From Spirochaetia bacterium (GTDB lineage Bacteria; Patescibacteriota; Microgenomatia; UBA1400; MFAQ01), in assembly GCA_035477615.1 (NCBI GenBank), contig DATIKJ010000041.1, positions 1 through 60,833 on the forward strand: a DNA stretch of 60,833 nucleotides, read 5' to 3'. Of the stretch, positions 18,508 through 27,022 are shown one piece after another (the first letter of the stretch is position 1; the number at the start of each line of letters is the position of its first letter). The notes beneath the pieces were generated by a model. That model was given only the letters and a program-made list of their open reading frames with translations, ran no database searches and had not been told where the DNA came from. A program made the translations under genes and the position numbers.

Positions 18508-21500
18508 TTATTTCTTTTTAAACACGTGGCGAAGGCCAAAGTAGAGAGGTAACACTAATAGAAGTAATAACCACCAGTAATTATTATTTTCTACTGATTC
18601 TCCTAGAACACTAGGTGTTGGTTCGGATACTGTTGAAGGAGTATCTGTGTTTGCTCCTTGTACTTCTGGAGAGAAGCCTTCTGCAGGTGTGCCTTCTGCC
18701 ACTCCTGGGGCTCCTATGATGTTACCTGTACTAACTTCGTTGCTTTCAGCACCTTGATTTTGAGCTTCATCAACTGCTTTAACTATAAAGTAATAATTAC
18801 CAGCTCCTAGACCTCTAACAGTGTAAGAGGTAGTATTGCCAACCCTGGCTCCAAAAAGGCGACTGCCTGGAACATTACCATACCAGACAATGTAGTCTTT
18901 AGCATCTGATACAGATGTCCAAGATAATGTAGCTGTACCTATTCCGGTACCAGTAAGGGTTAGAGTGGGGGCTGCTGGGCCAGTTCTGTCGACATTAAGT
19001 TCAATTGTGGTTTCTTTGCTATGACCTGCAGTATCAAAAGCTTTGACACTAACAGTCCAACGTCCTTCAACTAGTTGATCAATTTCTTTTTCTCGAATAT
19101 TAGAACCGACAGTAACGGTGTGGTCTTGAGATGAAGTACCACCATTGAGATACCAACGAATTTCATATTTATCAATTCCCGTATTGTCTTTAGCTTCTTC
19201 CCATTTGATTTTTGAAGTTGTACCACTGGTTGGATTTGGGTCAGCAGTTACATTTTGGGGGGCAAGATTTAGTTCTGTTTCATCCCAGCGGATGTTTTTT
19301 ATTCCTGTATCAGAGACATTACCTGCTTTATCCCAAGCGCGGTAATAGAGTACTTGTGCGCCTTCAGATGCTGGTTTAAATGGATTGGTGTACTCAGTCC
19401 AGCTCTCTTCTGCTTTGCCATTCCACTGATACTCAATCTTTTGGAAGTTTGTATCAGTAGAGGTAAGAGTAATTTCCGGTTGAGTTTTGTACCAACCATT
19501 ATCTGCATCTGGATCTATCGGATTAATGGAAATAGATACTTCTGGAATGGTTTTGTCAAAAATAACTGTAATGGTATAAGTATTTTCTTGGTTGCCGGCA
19601 TTGTCTATTGCGTGAGATTTGATAGTATAGCTATCCTCTAGGGGTGAAGTAAGTCCGCTGTATTCCCATTCTCCTGATTCATAGATAGTGTCAAGTAAGT
19701 ATTCTGACTCACTTTCTACAAATGACTCTCCATTAAAGTAAAGACCACTTGAGTTTTGGATGGATATTTTTACACTGCTTACCTGACTGAGGTTGTCTGT
19801 TGCTGTACCAGCAATTGACCCGGTCCATTCATTGGTAAAAATTGTACTACCTGAACCGGGATTTTCAGGAGCAGTGATAATACTTTCTGGATCAGTAGTG
19901 TCAATTTTTACTGTGCCAGCATTTTTTTCTGACTCGATATTTCCTGCAAGGTCGGTGGAGTAGTAACTTATATCATATTGACCTTCGATAGAGAGAGTAA
20001 GTGAGTTTCCTTCAGTCATTTCTCCGTCGTTTATTGAGTAGTAGGTTTTGTCGCAACCACTATTTCCGGTGTCAAGACAGGTGAAAGTTAGAGTTACTGG
20101 AGTGTTGTGCCATAAGGAATCAATCCCAGAAACGGATGTTGTGGGAGCAGAGTTGTCGATAATTAGTTCCCTCGACTCACTCCAGTCGCTCCAGTTGTTG
20201 GCGATGTCTTTAGCGCGAACTCTCCACCAAAAGTGGCTATTTGGTTGACCAGCACCAACAGATTTTGTTGTACCTGTAAAATTAGCAGAGTACTTGACAC
20301 TTGTACAGTTTCCACTACCAGCATCGTAATTACAACTTTGATACTCGTATAAAACAGCGTCTGCAACCGATTCCCATTTTTGAGAGAAAGCAACTCCTTT
20401 AGTTTTAAATCCATCTTCTGGAGCATCTAGTTTGGGTGCTAAAGGTTTTTCGGAGTCGAACTTGTATGTACCGTTCCAAGTTGACTCGTTACCAGCATTG
20501 TCTTTTGCATAAAGATAGAGTACATGACTACCCTGGAGAGGGTTGATAGTCTGTCCATTTTGAAAATCTGTACCGACTGTTTCTGAGGCAGCGGAGTCCC
20601 AGTTATATTTGGCGACACTAAGCATTGAACCACCGGTGTCGGACACAGAAAGAGTAATGTCAAAATTTACATTTTTCCAGCTACTCGAGGCATTATCGGC
20701 ATTCACGACAGGAACCTTCTTATCTATATTGGAAATGACAACTGTTTTTGAGCTAGAGTTACTGGCTGCATCTGTAGCAATGAAAGTAAACTCATCGTTT
20801 GACGTAAACAGATAAGAGGAAAAATTAAGAGTACCTTCGTTGACTGATGCTGTTACGTTTATGTTTTGATTTGTCCAACTTGTATTGTAAGGATCGATTG
20901 TGATAATGGGAGCAACGGTATCTATAGTGACCTTTTCTGCTTCACTCCAAGCACTCTGATTACCAACTTTATCTTCGGCTCTGACTTGCCAGTAATACAC
21001 CCCGTCGTTGGTATGACCTGCCTGAAGTTGCGAAGGTGTTACCCAAAGACCCAACAAGTTTGGATAGACAGTGGTACAAGTATTTATATCACTGGCGTTT
21101 GTGCAATGATAATGAACTATGTAGCGATAACCTGCCACACCACTACCTCCGATATCAGTTGAGTCTTCCCATTGCATAAGTGGGGTGTTGTCGTTGGTTA
21201 TGATTCCATCAATTGGCCATGTTAGTATCGGTACAGATGGCCCACTCCAATCAACAATAAATTTACAACTATTGTCTATATTTTTATCTCCACCAGACCA
21301 TAAAGATGCGTTGCCTGCTTCATCAACTGCTCTTATCTGCACTCCATAAATTCCCTCTCTTGGGATTGTCCACCAAGAAGCATTGAAATAATTGGTAGTG
21401 AAATTTCTAATTTGACCTGTACTACCATCGGCGTTGAAAGAAACATATTCATAATGATCAAAATCTGATTCGGTATTTGCTGACCAATAAACGTCTAGGT

Positions 21501-23376
21501 GTTTGGTTGAGGTATAAGAACCACAAGAGACATCTCTATTGTTATCGGTATCCTTGAAAAATATTCCTGTGGGTATTGATGGGGCTGTATTATCAACAAC
21601 TATTTTGATTCTTGGATCATCAAGATAATTTGGTTTTCCACGATTGCCAAGGGTATCTATTGCGCCAAGTATTAACCAGTAAGTACCATCACCACCAAAC
21701 TGGGTAGTGTCTAGTAAAGGAGTAATTATTGAGTTATCTAAATCGGATGTTTGAGAGGTAACTTGGTTATAAATATATCCACATTTTCCATAACCCTGAT
21801 TTGTACTGTCTGCTAACGAGTTACCACAAGTATGGCTGTCGGCACTACCATCTTTGATAATTCTGAAATGATAATTCTTTAAATTTGGATCAGATAAGGA
21901 AGCATAAACGTCGATCAATCCACTATATCTTTTGTTATCGATTGGACCAGTATTAAAGTTTCCATTGCCATTGCCGATTGATATTACCGGAGAAGTTGTG
22001 TCTAGAGAAACATTCCAGATTTCACTCCACGATCCAGGTTGATTATCAGAGTTTATTGTGCGAACTTGCCAGTACCATTTTCCATCCGATGTTAAGGTAG
22101 TAGGAAAGCTGTTGGTTGATAAGGTTCCGGATGAAATTAGGCCTTCTGAAAGAACTCCATCTACCTCTGCTGGGTTTTTAGACATCTGGAGCTCGTATCT
22201 TACCAAGCGTGAATCAGCAACAGAGTTCCAGGTGAAATTTACATTTTTATTTGAGGTTGTTAAATTATTTGGTTGGCCATTTGTTGGAGCTGGAAGAGTA
22301 TATGAAATATTTAGAGCAACATAGTCATGACGAGTCTTAATTAGAGGTGAGTACCATGGACCTCTACCGCGCATATAAAAACGTATTTTGAAGATATTTT
22401 CACCATATGGTACTAACTCTGGAGAAACTGGGATTATTATTGTTTTGTCGGTATTTGGATCATCAATTTTCAAGTCGTCATAATCAGCAATTATCTGATC
22501 AAAATTTATTCCATTCCATACGCGAATTTGCGAATCACGTGATGAACCAGATTTAAATTCGTCACGTTGATATTCAAAAATGATGCTTGCATTGGTAATC
22601 TTTGCACCAACAGGAATATTGGTATTTAATACAAATTCAATATATTGGTTTTTTTGAAAATCTGTATTCCAAGAGATAGGCCAGTTGCTATCTGATTGAT
22701 AGTAGACGTTATTACTTGATTTGAGCTCGTTAGTGTCTGACGTATTGAGCAAGTGACTCCAAAAAGTTGTGTCTATTCCACTCGTGACAACAAAAATAGT
22801 GAAGTGATTTATATTGGAAATAACAACTTCATTTTCAGTGGTGGAAACTCCACCAGAAGTGACAAAGTTTTGACCATCTTCGGAGTACTTGACTTCAATT
22901 TCGTCGGTTTCTGGTTTGGGTAAGGTGAGGTTGTATTGGAATGTGCCATCTGTCATGCTGGAGGTAATATCATAAGCAGTTTCCGAGACAGCACCAGACT
23001 CGATAATTTGTTCTGGAGTTAGAGTAATTTCTTTTATGGTTAGACTACCTGATGGTCCGGTGATTTCGGTGAAAGTGACTGTTGCCTTACCGTCTTTTGA
23101 TGTATAAGTATTTCCAATAGAAACATTTTCGAAGACTATTGTTTTGTCATCAACAACTGGAGTAGTATCAGTTGGAATTTCTGGAGAAATTTCTGATAAT
23201 TGGATTACTGCACTTTCGCTCGCAATAACTGGTGTTTCGGCCACAGTACCAGAATCGGAAGCAACTTCATCTACGGCATAAGCTGGGAGAACGAGAGAAA
23301 AGGAGAGAAAGGATTGTAAAACAAGAGAAAAACAACTAATAATGGCAGTTATTTTTTTTAAGCTAAAAAGCTTCAT
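18508..23376 (-). CDS. Giant (1622 aa) surface protein with signal peptide, many Ig/FN3-like repeats and C-terminal TM anchor
   Basis: N-terminal signal MKLFSLKKITAIISCFSLVLQSFLSFSLVLPAYA. Repeated beta-sandwich-type motifs, for example GKWYWQVRTINSDNQPGSWSEIW, GVYYWQVRAEDKVGNQSAWSEAE, HFWWRVRAKDIANNWSDWSES, YYSTDLAGNIE and YYRAWDKAGNVSD. It ends with the TM segment WWLLLLLVLPLYFGL and basic RHVFKKK. Confidence 0.88.
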   Translation of the reverse strand: MKLFSLKKITAIISCFSLVLQSFLSFSLVLPAYAVDEVASDSGTVAETPVIASESAVIQLSEISPEIPTDTTPVVDDKTIVFENVSIGNTYTSKDGKATVTFTEITGPSGSLTIKEITLTPEQIIESGAVSETAYDITSSMTDGTFQYNLTLPKPETDEIEVKYSEDGQNFVTSGGVSTTENEVVISNINHFTIFVVTSGIDTTFWSHLLNTSDTNELKSSNNVYYQSDSNWPISWNTDFQKNQYIEFVLNTNIPVGAKITNASIIFEYQRDEFKSGSSRDSQIRVWNGINFDQIIADYDDLKIDDPNTDKTIIIPVSPELVPYGENIFKIRFYMRGRGPWYSPLIKTRHDYVALNISYTLPAPTNGQPNNLTTSNKNVNFTWNSVADSRLVRYELQMSKNPAEVDGVLSEGLISSGTLSTNSFPTTLTSDGKWYWQVRTINSDNQPGSWSEIWNVSLDTTSPVISIGNGNGNFNTGPIDNKRYSGLIDVYASLSDPNLKNYHFRIIKDGSADSHTCGNSLADSTNQGYGKCGYIYNQVTSQTSDLDNSIITPLLDTTQFGGDGTYWLILGAIDTLGNRGKPNYLDDPRIKIVVDNTAPSIPTGIFFKDTDNNRDVSCGSYTSTKHLDVYWSANTESDFDHYEYVSFNADGSTGQIRNFTTNYFNASWWTIPREGIYGVQIRAVDEAGNASLWSGGDKNIDNSCKFIVDWSGPSVPILTWPIDGIITNDNTPLMQWEDSTDIGGSGVAGYRYIVHYHCTNASDINTCTTVYPNLLGLWVTPSQLQAGHTNDGVYYWQVRAEDKVGNQSAWSEAEKVTIDTVAPIITIDPYNTSWTNQNINVTASVNEGTLNFSSYLFTSNDEFTFIATDAASNSSSKTVVISNIDKKVPVVNADNASSSWKNVNFDITLSVSDTGGSMLSVAKYNWDSAASETVGTDFQNGQTINPLQGSHVLYLYAKDNAGNESTWNGTYKFDSEKPLAPKLDAPEDGFKTKGVAFSQKWESVADAVLYEYQSCNYDAGSGNCTSVKYSANFTGTTKSVGAGQPNSHFWWRVRAKDIANNWSDWSESRELIIDNSAPTTSVSGIDSLWHNTPVTLTFTCLDTGNSGCDKTYYSINDGEMTEGNSLTLSIEGQYDISYYSTDLAGNIESEKNAGTVKIDTTDPESIITAPENPGSGSTIFTNEWTGSIAGTATDNLSQVSSVKISIQNSSGLYFNGESFVESESEYLLDTIYESGEWEYSGLTSPLEDSYTIKSHAIDNAGNQENTYTITVIFDKTIPEVSISINPIDPDADNGWYKTQPEITLTSTDTNFQKIEYQWNGKAEESWTEYTNPFKPASEGAQVLYYRAWDKAGNVSDTGIKNIRWDETELNLAPQNVTADPNPTSGTTSKIKWEEAKDNTGIDKYEIRWYLNGGTSSQDHTVTVGSNIREKEIDQLVEGRWTVSVKAFDTAGHSKETTIELNVDRTGPAAPTLTLTGTGIGTATLSWTSVSDAKDYIVWYGNVPGSRLFGARVGNTTSYTVRGLGAGNYYFIVKAVDEAQNQGAESNEVSTGNIIGAPGVAEGTPAEGFSPEVQGANTDTPSTVSEPTPSVLGESVENNNYWWLLLLLVLPLYFGLRHVFKKK

Positions 23377-23383
23377 TATTTTT

Positions 23384-23412
23384 ACGAAAAAACCGATCTA
23401 ATTAGACCGGTT
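23384..23412 (-). terminator. Rho-independent terminator-like hairpin between tsaB and the giant ORF
   Basis: Minus strand reads AACCGGTCT-aatt-AGATCGGTT (9 bp stem, 1 mismatch) followed by TTTTTT. The run ends about 8 nt before the ATG of the giant gene. Confidence 0.5.
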
Positions 23413-23478
23413 TCACTATTAGCTCACCACGACCCAAGTGACCACATGAAGATCGTGGATCAAAGCCCTCTAGGCTGT

Positions 23479-23506
23479 ATTGTACCCCCACCTTAACATT
23501 TGTCAA
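23479..23506 (-). promoter_or_regulatory. Near-consensus sigma70-type promoter (TTGACA-16 nt-TACAAT)
   Basis: Minus strand: TTGACA (23506-23501), 16-nt spacer, TACAAT (23484-23479). It overlaps the tsaB stop region and points toward the giant gene. Confidence 0.35.
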
Positions 23507-23828
23507 CTATCTTACTATTTGTAATTGAAGGAGGTGAAGAGTAGATAGGTTCGACAGGAGTGAAGGAGCCGTTTATCTTAATATCTAGGGCATAGGAAAG
23601 GGCATTGCCGATGGCCACGCCGACACGAGTACCAGTAAAAGAGCCTGGACCGGGATTGACTTCGAGGCTATCAATATCCTCTTGCTGGACATTTTCGACT
23701 TCCAGACAATGAATTAAAAAGCCTAAAACATCTTGGTCTCTAGGGCTTTCGACGTGCCTTATAAACTCTTTGTCGTCGATTCTAACAACGGCCTTGGTAT
23801 TATCGGTGGAGTCTATGTAGATGCGCAT
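23493..23828 (-). CDS. tsaB: tRNA t6A37 biosynthesis protein TsaB, short form (about 111 aa)
   Basis: NPGPGSFTGTRVGVAIGNALSYAL is the TsaB/YeaZ signature. The track start 23885 is a TTG; ATG at 23828 (MRIYIDSTDN...) gives the usual TsaB N-terminus. Confidence 0.72.
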   Translation of the reverse strand: MRIYIDSTDNTKAVVRIDDKEFIRHVESPRDQDVLGFLIHCLEVENVQQEDIDSLEVNPGPGSFTGTRVGVAIGNALSYALDIKINGSFTPVEPIYSSPPSITNSKIVDKC

Positions 23829-23888
23829 ATGGGTTCTATTATATGAGATTGCCGCGTCGCGTGAGTACACTCCTCGCAATGACAATAG

Positions 23889-24323
23889 CTAGTGTTCAAT
23901 TATTTTGATTTCACGTTCATTTTCGCCATTAGCTTTAAAAAATATATCGTAACGCTTTTTGGGTAGATTTTCCTGAAACTTCTCTGGCCACTCGATAACC
24001 AGCAGATTTTCGGGACTAGACCAGATCTCTTCAACATCGAAGGCTTTGATATCTTCGATGGAGTTTAGACGGTAGAGATCAAGATGATAGAGAGTTTTAA
24101 TTACGGGATGATTGGTAACTGGATACTGGCGCATGATAAGAAAAGTGGGTGACACAAGGCGCTGTATCCCAAAGGCTTTACCTATTCCCTGAGAAAAAGT
24201 GGTTTTGCCAGCGGCAAGCTCTCCATACAAACAGATGGTTGTCCCCTTCTCTAGCTTTTCGACAAATTTTTGAGCTATTTGCCTGGTTTCTTCGTAGGAA
24301 GTGGAGATAAAAGTATCTTCCAT
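23889..24323 (-). CDS. tsaE: tRNA t6A37 biosynthesis ATPase TsaE
   Basis: LYGELAAGKTTFSQGI (P-loop), SPTFLIMRQY, HLDLYRL are typical TsaE/YjeE motifs. Confidence 0.9.
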   Translation of the reverse strand: MEDTFISTSYEETRQIAQKFVEKLEKGTTICLYGELAAGKTTFSQGIGKAFGIQRLVSPTFLIMRQYPVTNHPVIKTLYHLDLYRLNSIEDIKAFDVEEIWSSPENLLVIEWPEKFQENLPKKRYDIFFKANGENEREIKIIEH

Positions 24324-24664
24324 AAATCAAATTTTACAATTAATATTGATAAAATAATCATACCGATAGAGTCAATACCAACATCTCGTAGATTGCCGGT
24401 ACGACCGGGAACCAAAAGTTGATGGATTTCGTCGGTGAAAGCATAAATTATCGAGATCATAAAGGCTTGGATCGGGTTTTTGTTACCTATGGCTCTGAAC
24501 CAGAGTAAAAAAAGAATGGTGTATTCGATAATGTGAGCACTTTTTTTCATCAAAAAATCTAGAACATCGACTCTGTTTGAGGGAATATCTGGGATCGATG
24601 ACACTAAAAAGATGAGAATCATCCAGATAATTGCAGGTAGATATTTTAGATATTGGCGAAACAC
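24275..24664 (-). CDS. VanZ-like membrane protein
   Basis: KKSAHIIEYTILFLLWFRA ... AFTDEIHQLLVPGRTGNLRDVGIDSIGM are VanZ family motifs. The start is uncertain: the track start 24859 overlaps the upstream gene by 185 nt. GTG at 24664 or ATG at 24622 are plausible. The 3' end overlaps tsaE by 49 nt. Confidence 0.65.
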   Translation of the reverse strand: MFRQYLKYLPAIIWMILIFLVSSIPDIPSNRVDVLDFLMKKSAHIIEYTILFLLWFRAIGNKNPIQAFMISIIYAFTDEIHQLLVPGRTGNLRDVGIDSIGMIILSILIVKFDLWKILLSPLPTKKPGK

Positions 24665-24674
24665 AAAGGTTATT

Positions 24675-25796
24675 TTAATCTCTTCGGTGGCGAAAATATA
24701 GTAAGACACTAGAAGAAACGGCCACAAACAGACCAATGAAAAAAGTAATTTTGTAGTTTGTGGTACTTTTTCTAATGTTTTCGGAAGATGGGGACTGGAT
24801 TGCCACGTCGCTTGCACTACTCGCAATAACAATGTCCGCGGAGTCGGTAGACTCGCCAAGAACTGCAGATAAGGTTGAAGAAGATGAGGCGAGAAGATCT
24901 TTGAGAGTAAGTGTAGGAATTTTTGTAGGCGTAGGTGTTTTGGTTGGAATTGGAGTACTGGTTGGGCTGGGAGTGGAGGTGGAATCGATATTGGAAGGAA
25001 GTTTAATCAAAATGGGAGTAATTTCATAACTACTGCCCTGGGTAAAATTTCTCTGTTCTGACCAGTCGGCATAACCGGGTTTAGTAAGTTTTATTGTGTG
25101 ATCACCAAAACCACAAGGAATACTCTTGGCTGTGTCGCAGAAACAACCATCACAAAAATATATTATTTCATCATCTTCGTGATGGATGTACTGGTTGTCA
25201 ATATTGATCTTAACTCCGGTTATTAATTGACCCCCTTCTTCTTTAGATTTGTTTAATTTATAGATTGATTTGGCTGTGGTCGGAGAAGCAGTAGGAGTAG
25301 TGGATAAAGCTTCAGTAACAGCAAAAGATGGTGTTGGATCTGGAGTCGAGGTAATTATATTTTTTGTTCCCTTTGACCATATCATATTAATAACCCAGTT
25401 TGGTGAGGCATCTGGAGATCTTCCCATACTCTTGTCTACCTCTGGGATTCCGACAACTCCCCCTGTTCCATAGACTATTGAATCTATTGTGTCATCAACA
25501 TTATTTTTGAGAAAAAGAGATTCTTGGCCCGAATTGTTCAACCAACCACTAGAATTTTCAAATATATAAAACTCGTGAGCATTAATTATCGTATTGGAAA
25601 TTGTTTTTGCACTGTTTGCTGCATCAATTAATTTCCAGCCAGAGATATCAATATTTTCTTCTGAGTTATTGTAAAGTTCGACCCATTCTGGGTTTGATAC
25701 TGGGCTAATTTCGTTGATAAATACTGAGGAGTAAGCATTTTTTGGGGACAGAAAAAATGCAAGGCAGATTGTAAGTAATAGTGAAAGATATTTCAC
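24675..25796 (-). CDS. Secreted lamin-tail-domain (LTD) + PEGA domain protein with C-terminal TM anchor
   Basis: VFINEISPVSNPEWVELYNNSEENIDISGWKLID is LTD-like. GDHTIKLTKPGYADWSEQRNFTQGSSYEITPIL is PEGA-like. There are Pro/Thr linkers and a C-terminal TM plus RHRRD. The start is set at GTG 25796 (VKYLSLLLTICLAFFLSPKNAYS is signal-like); the track start overlaps the M23 gene. Confidence 0.72.
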   Translation of the reverse strand: MKYLSLLLTICLAFFLSPKNAYSSVFINEISPVSNPEWVELYNNSEENIDISGWKLIDAANSAKTISNTIINAHEFYIFENSSGWLNNSGQESLFLKNNVDDTIDSIVYGTGGVVGIPEVDKSMGRSPDASPNWVINMIWSKGTKNIITSTPDPTPSFAVTEALSTTPTASPTTAKSIYKLNKSKEEGGQLITGVKINIDNQYIHHEDDEIIYFCDGCFCDTAKSIPCGFGDHTIKLTKPGYADWSEQRNFTQGSSYEITPILIKLPSNIDSTSTPSPTSTPIPTKTPTPTKIPTLTLKDLLASSSSTLSAVLGESTDSADIVIASSASDVAIQSPSSENIRKSTTNYKITFFIGLFVAVSSSVLLYFRHRRD

Positions 25797-25816
25797 TATT
25801 ACTAATGTAACAAATT

Positions 25817-27022
25817 CTAGTAGTAGTTTACATGCAGATAGTAAGTGTCTATACCATCTTCTGAGTGAGCCACTCTGACATATTTTAGAGCACAACCACC
25901 GGATCCAGAATAACTACCCCGAAATAGTTTCCCATCTCTCACAGCTTTGACATCTGCACTATTACTAATAATATCGATTCCATTATGGAAACTATATATA
26001 CTTCTAACCCAAGTATTATTGATTGCCCATGTAACACCAAACCCTTGAGAAAGTTTAATTCTGGGGTTAAGTGGCCAGTCCCACGAACCTGAAGGATTAA
26101 AGCTATCTCCATCGCCACTACCACAACTTGATCCGGAACAGTTTTCAAAATCGACAGATTTTAGATAATTAAAAGGATTCTTGACTGAGTGATCTTGACC
26201 AACAATAAAATGAAGATGTGATCCACTGGAGTTACATGAAGACCCTTGAATTACAGTTGCAATTTTTTCTCCAGCTTTAACATCTCTAACTTCTGTTTCT
26301 GTACCTTTTCCAGCGATAACAGCTTCGATTGCCTCTAACTCTGCTCTGGCTTTGGATAATAGTGACTGGAATTTCTTTTCATCGTTTTGAGTTTGAGTTA
26401 AGAGATTTTGTTTTTCTTTTTGCTGAGCATCAAGAGTTTTTCTTTGGGAAACTAACTTTGCTTTTAGTTTTTCAACCTCTTTTTGTTTGGTGACTTTATC
26501 TGTTTTTCTTTGGTCGTAATCAACTCTTGATTTTTCTAGCTCGGCGAGAATCAGTTGATCTTTGTTTTTAACTGTATTGAGATACTTTAGTTTGTTAAAG
26601 TAGTCCCCTATTGAATTGGTAGAAAAAAGTAAGTCTACTGGAGTTGCGCGGGAACGGCGATAACTTTCTCTAACTCTGGCTGTATAAATCTTTTCCAACT
26701 GATCCATAGAGTCATTGACGGTATCAAGAACACCATCGAGAACAGTGACTTCTTTTTCGAGCAGATTAATCTGGGCTTGGGTTTGATTGATTTGTCCTTG
26801 AGCAAGATTAATTTTGGAAGTTAGAGTTGAGATAGTTTGCTTAAGGGTAGTCTGTTCGCCTTGAAGTGAAGAAATTTTTTGATTGCAGTTATCAATATAT
26901 TGTTGGATTTCAGTTACTTTGTCAGCTCCAGATGGTGGGTTGCCATCGCACTCAATGGCAGAGATGGGCTTCACCCATAAAAAGAGAAGTAAAATTGCAA
27001 AAACTAAAAATAGTTTTTTCAT
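25817..27022 (-). CDS. Coiled-coil M23 (LytM-type) peptidoglycan metalloendopeptidase, FtsEX-coupled (EnvC/PcsB-like architecture)
   Basis: Signal peptide, then about 200 aa of coiled coil, then M23 motifs SGSHLHF (HxH) and FHNGIDI (HxxxD). The motifs occur in reversed order (see findings). ATGA overlap with ftsX. Confidence 0.85.
   Translation of the reverse strand: MKKLFLVFAILLLFLWVKPISAIECDGNPPSGADKVTEIQQYIDNCNQKISSLQGEQTTLKQTISTLTSKINLAQGQINQTQAQINLLEKEVTVLDGVLDTVNDSMDQLEKIYTARVRESYRRSRATPVDLLFSTNSIGDYFNKLKYLNTVKNKDQLILAELEKSRVDYDQRKTDKVTKQKEVEKLKAKLVSQRKTLDAQQKEKQNLLTQTQNDEKKFQSLLSKARAELEAIEAVIAGKGTETEVRDVKAGEKIATVIQGSSCNSSGSHLHFIVGQDHSVKNPFNYLKSVDFENCSGSSCGSGDGDSFNPSGSWDWPLNPRIKLSQGFGVTWAINNTWVRSIYSFHNGIDIISNSADVKAVRDGKLFRGSYSGSGGCALKYVRVAHSEDGIDTYYLHVNYY

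Noticed and set aside
18508-23376. Giant protein as a target of a diversity-generating retroelement
   Set aside because: DGRs are common in CPR genomes, but no reverse transcriptase ORF or obvious template/variable repeat pair was seen in this window. This cannot be excluded without a computational repeat search.
23829-23885. TTG-initiated extension of tsaB
   Set aside because: The start codon at 23885 is TTG. The ATG at 23828 yields MRIYIDS..., the usual TsaB N-terminal beta-strand.
24665-24859. Long N-terminal extension of the VanZ ORF overlapping the LTD gene
   Set aside because: A 185-nt out-of-frame overlap with the upstream gene is implausible. The VanZ homology begins downstream. The exact start (24664 GTG or 24622 ATG) remains uncertain.
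25797-25895. N-terminal extension of the LTD/PEGA ORF overlapping the M23 gene
   Set aside because: The extension (MCSKICQSGSLRRWYRH...) overlaps the M23 C-terminus. GTG at 25796 gives a proper signal peptide.
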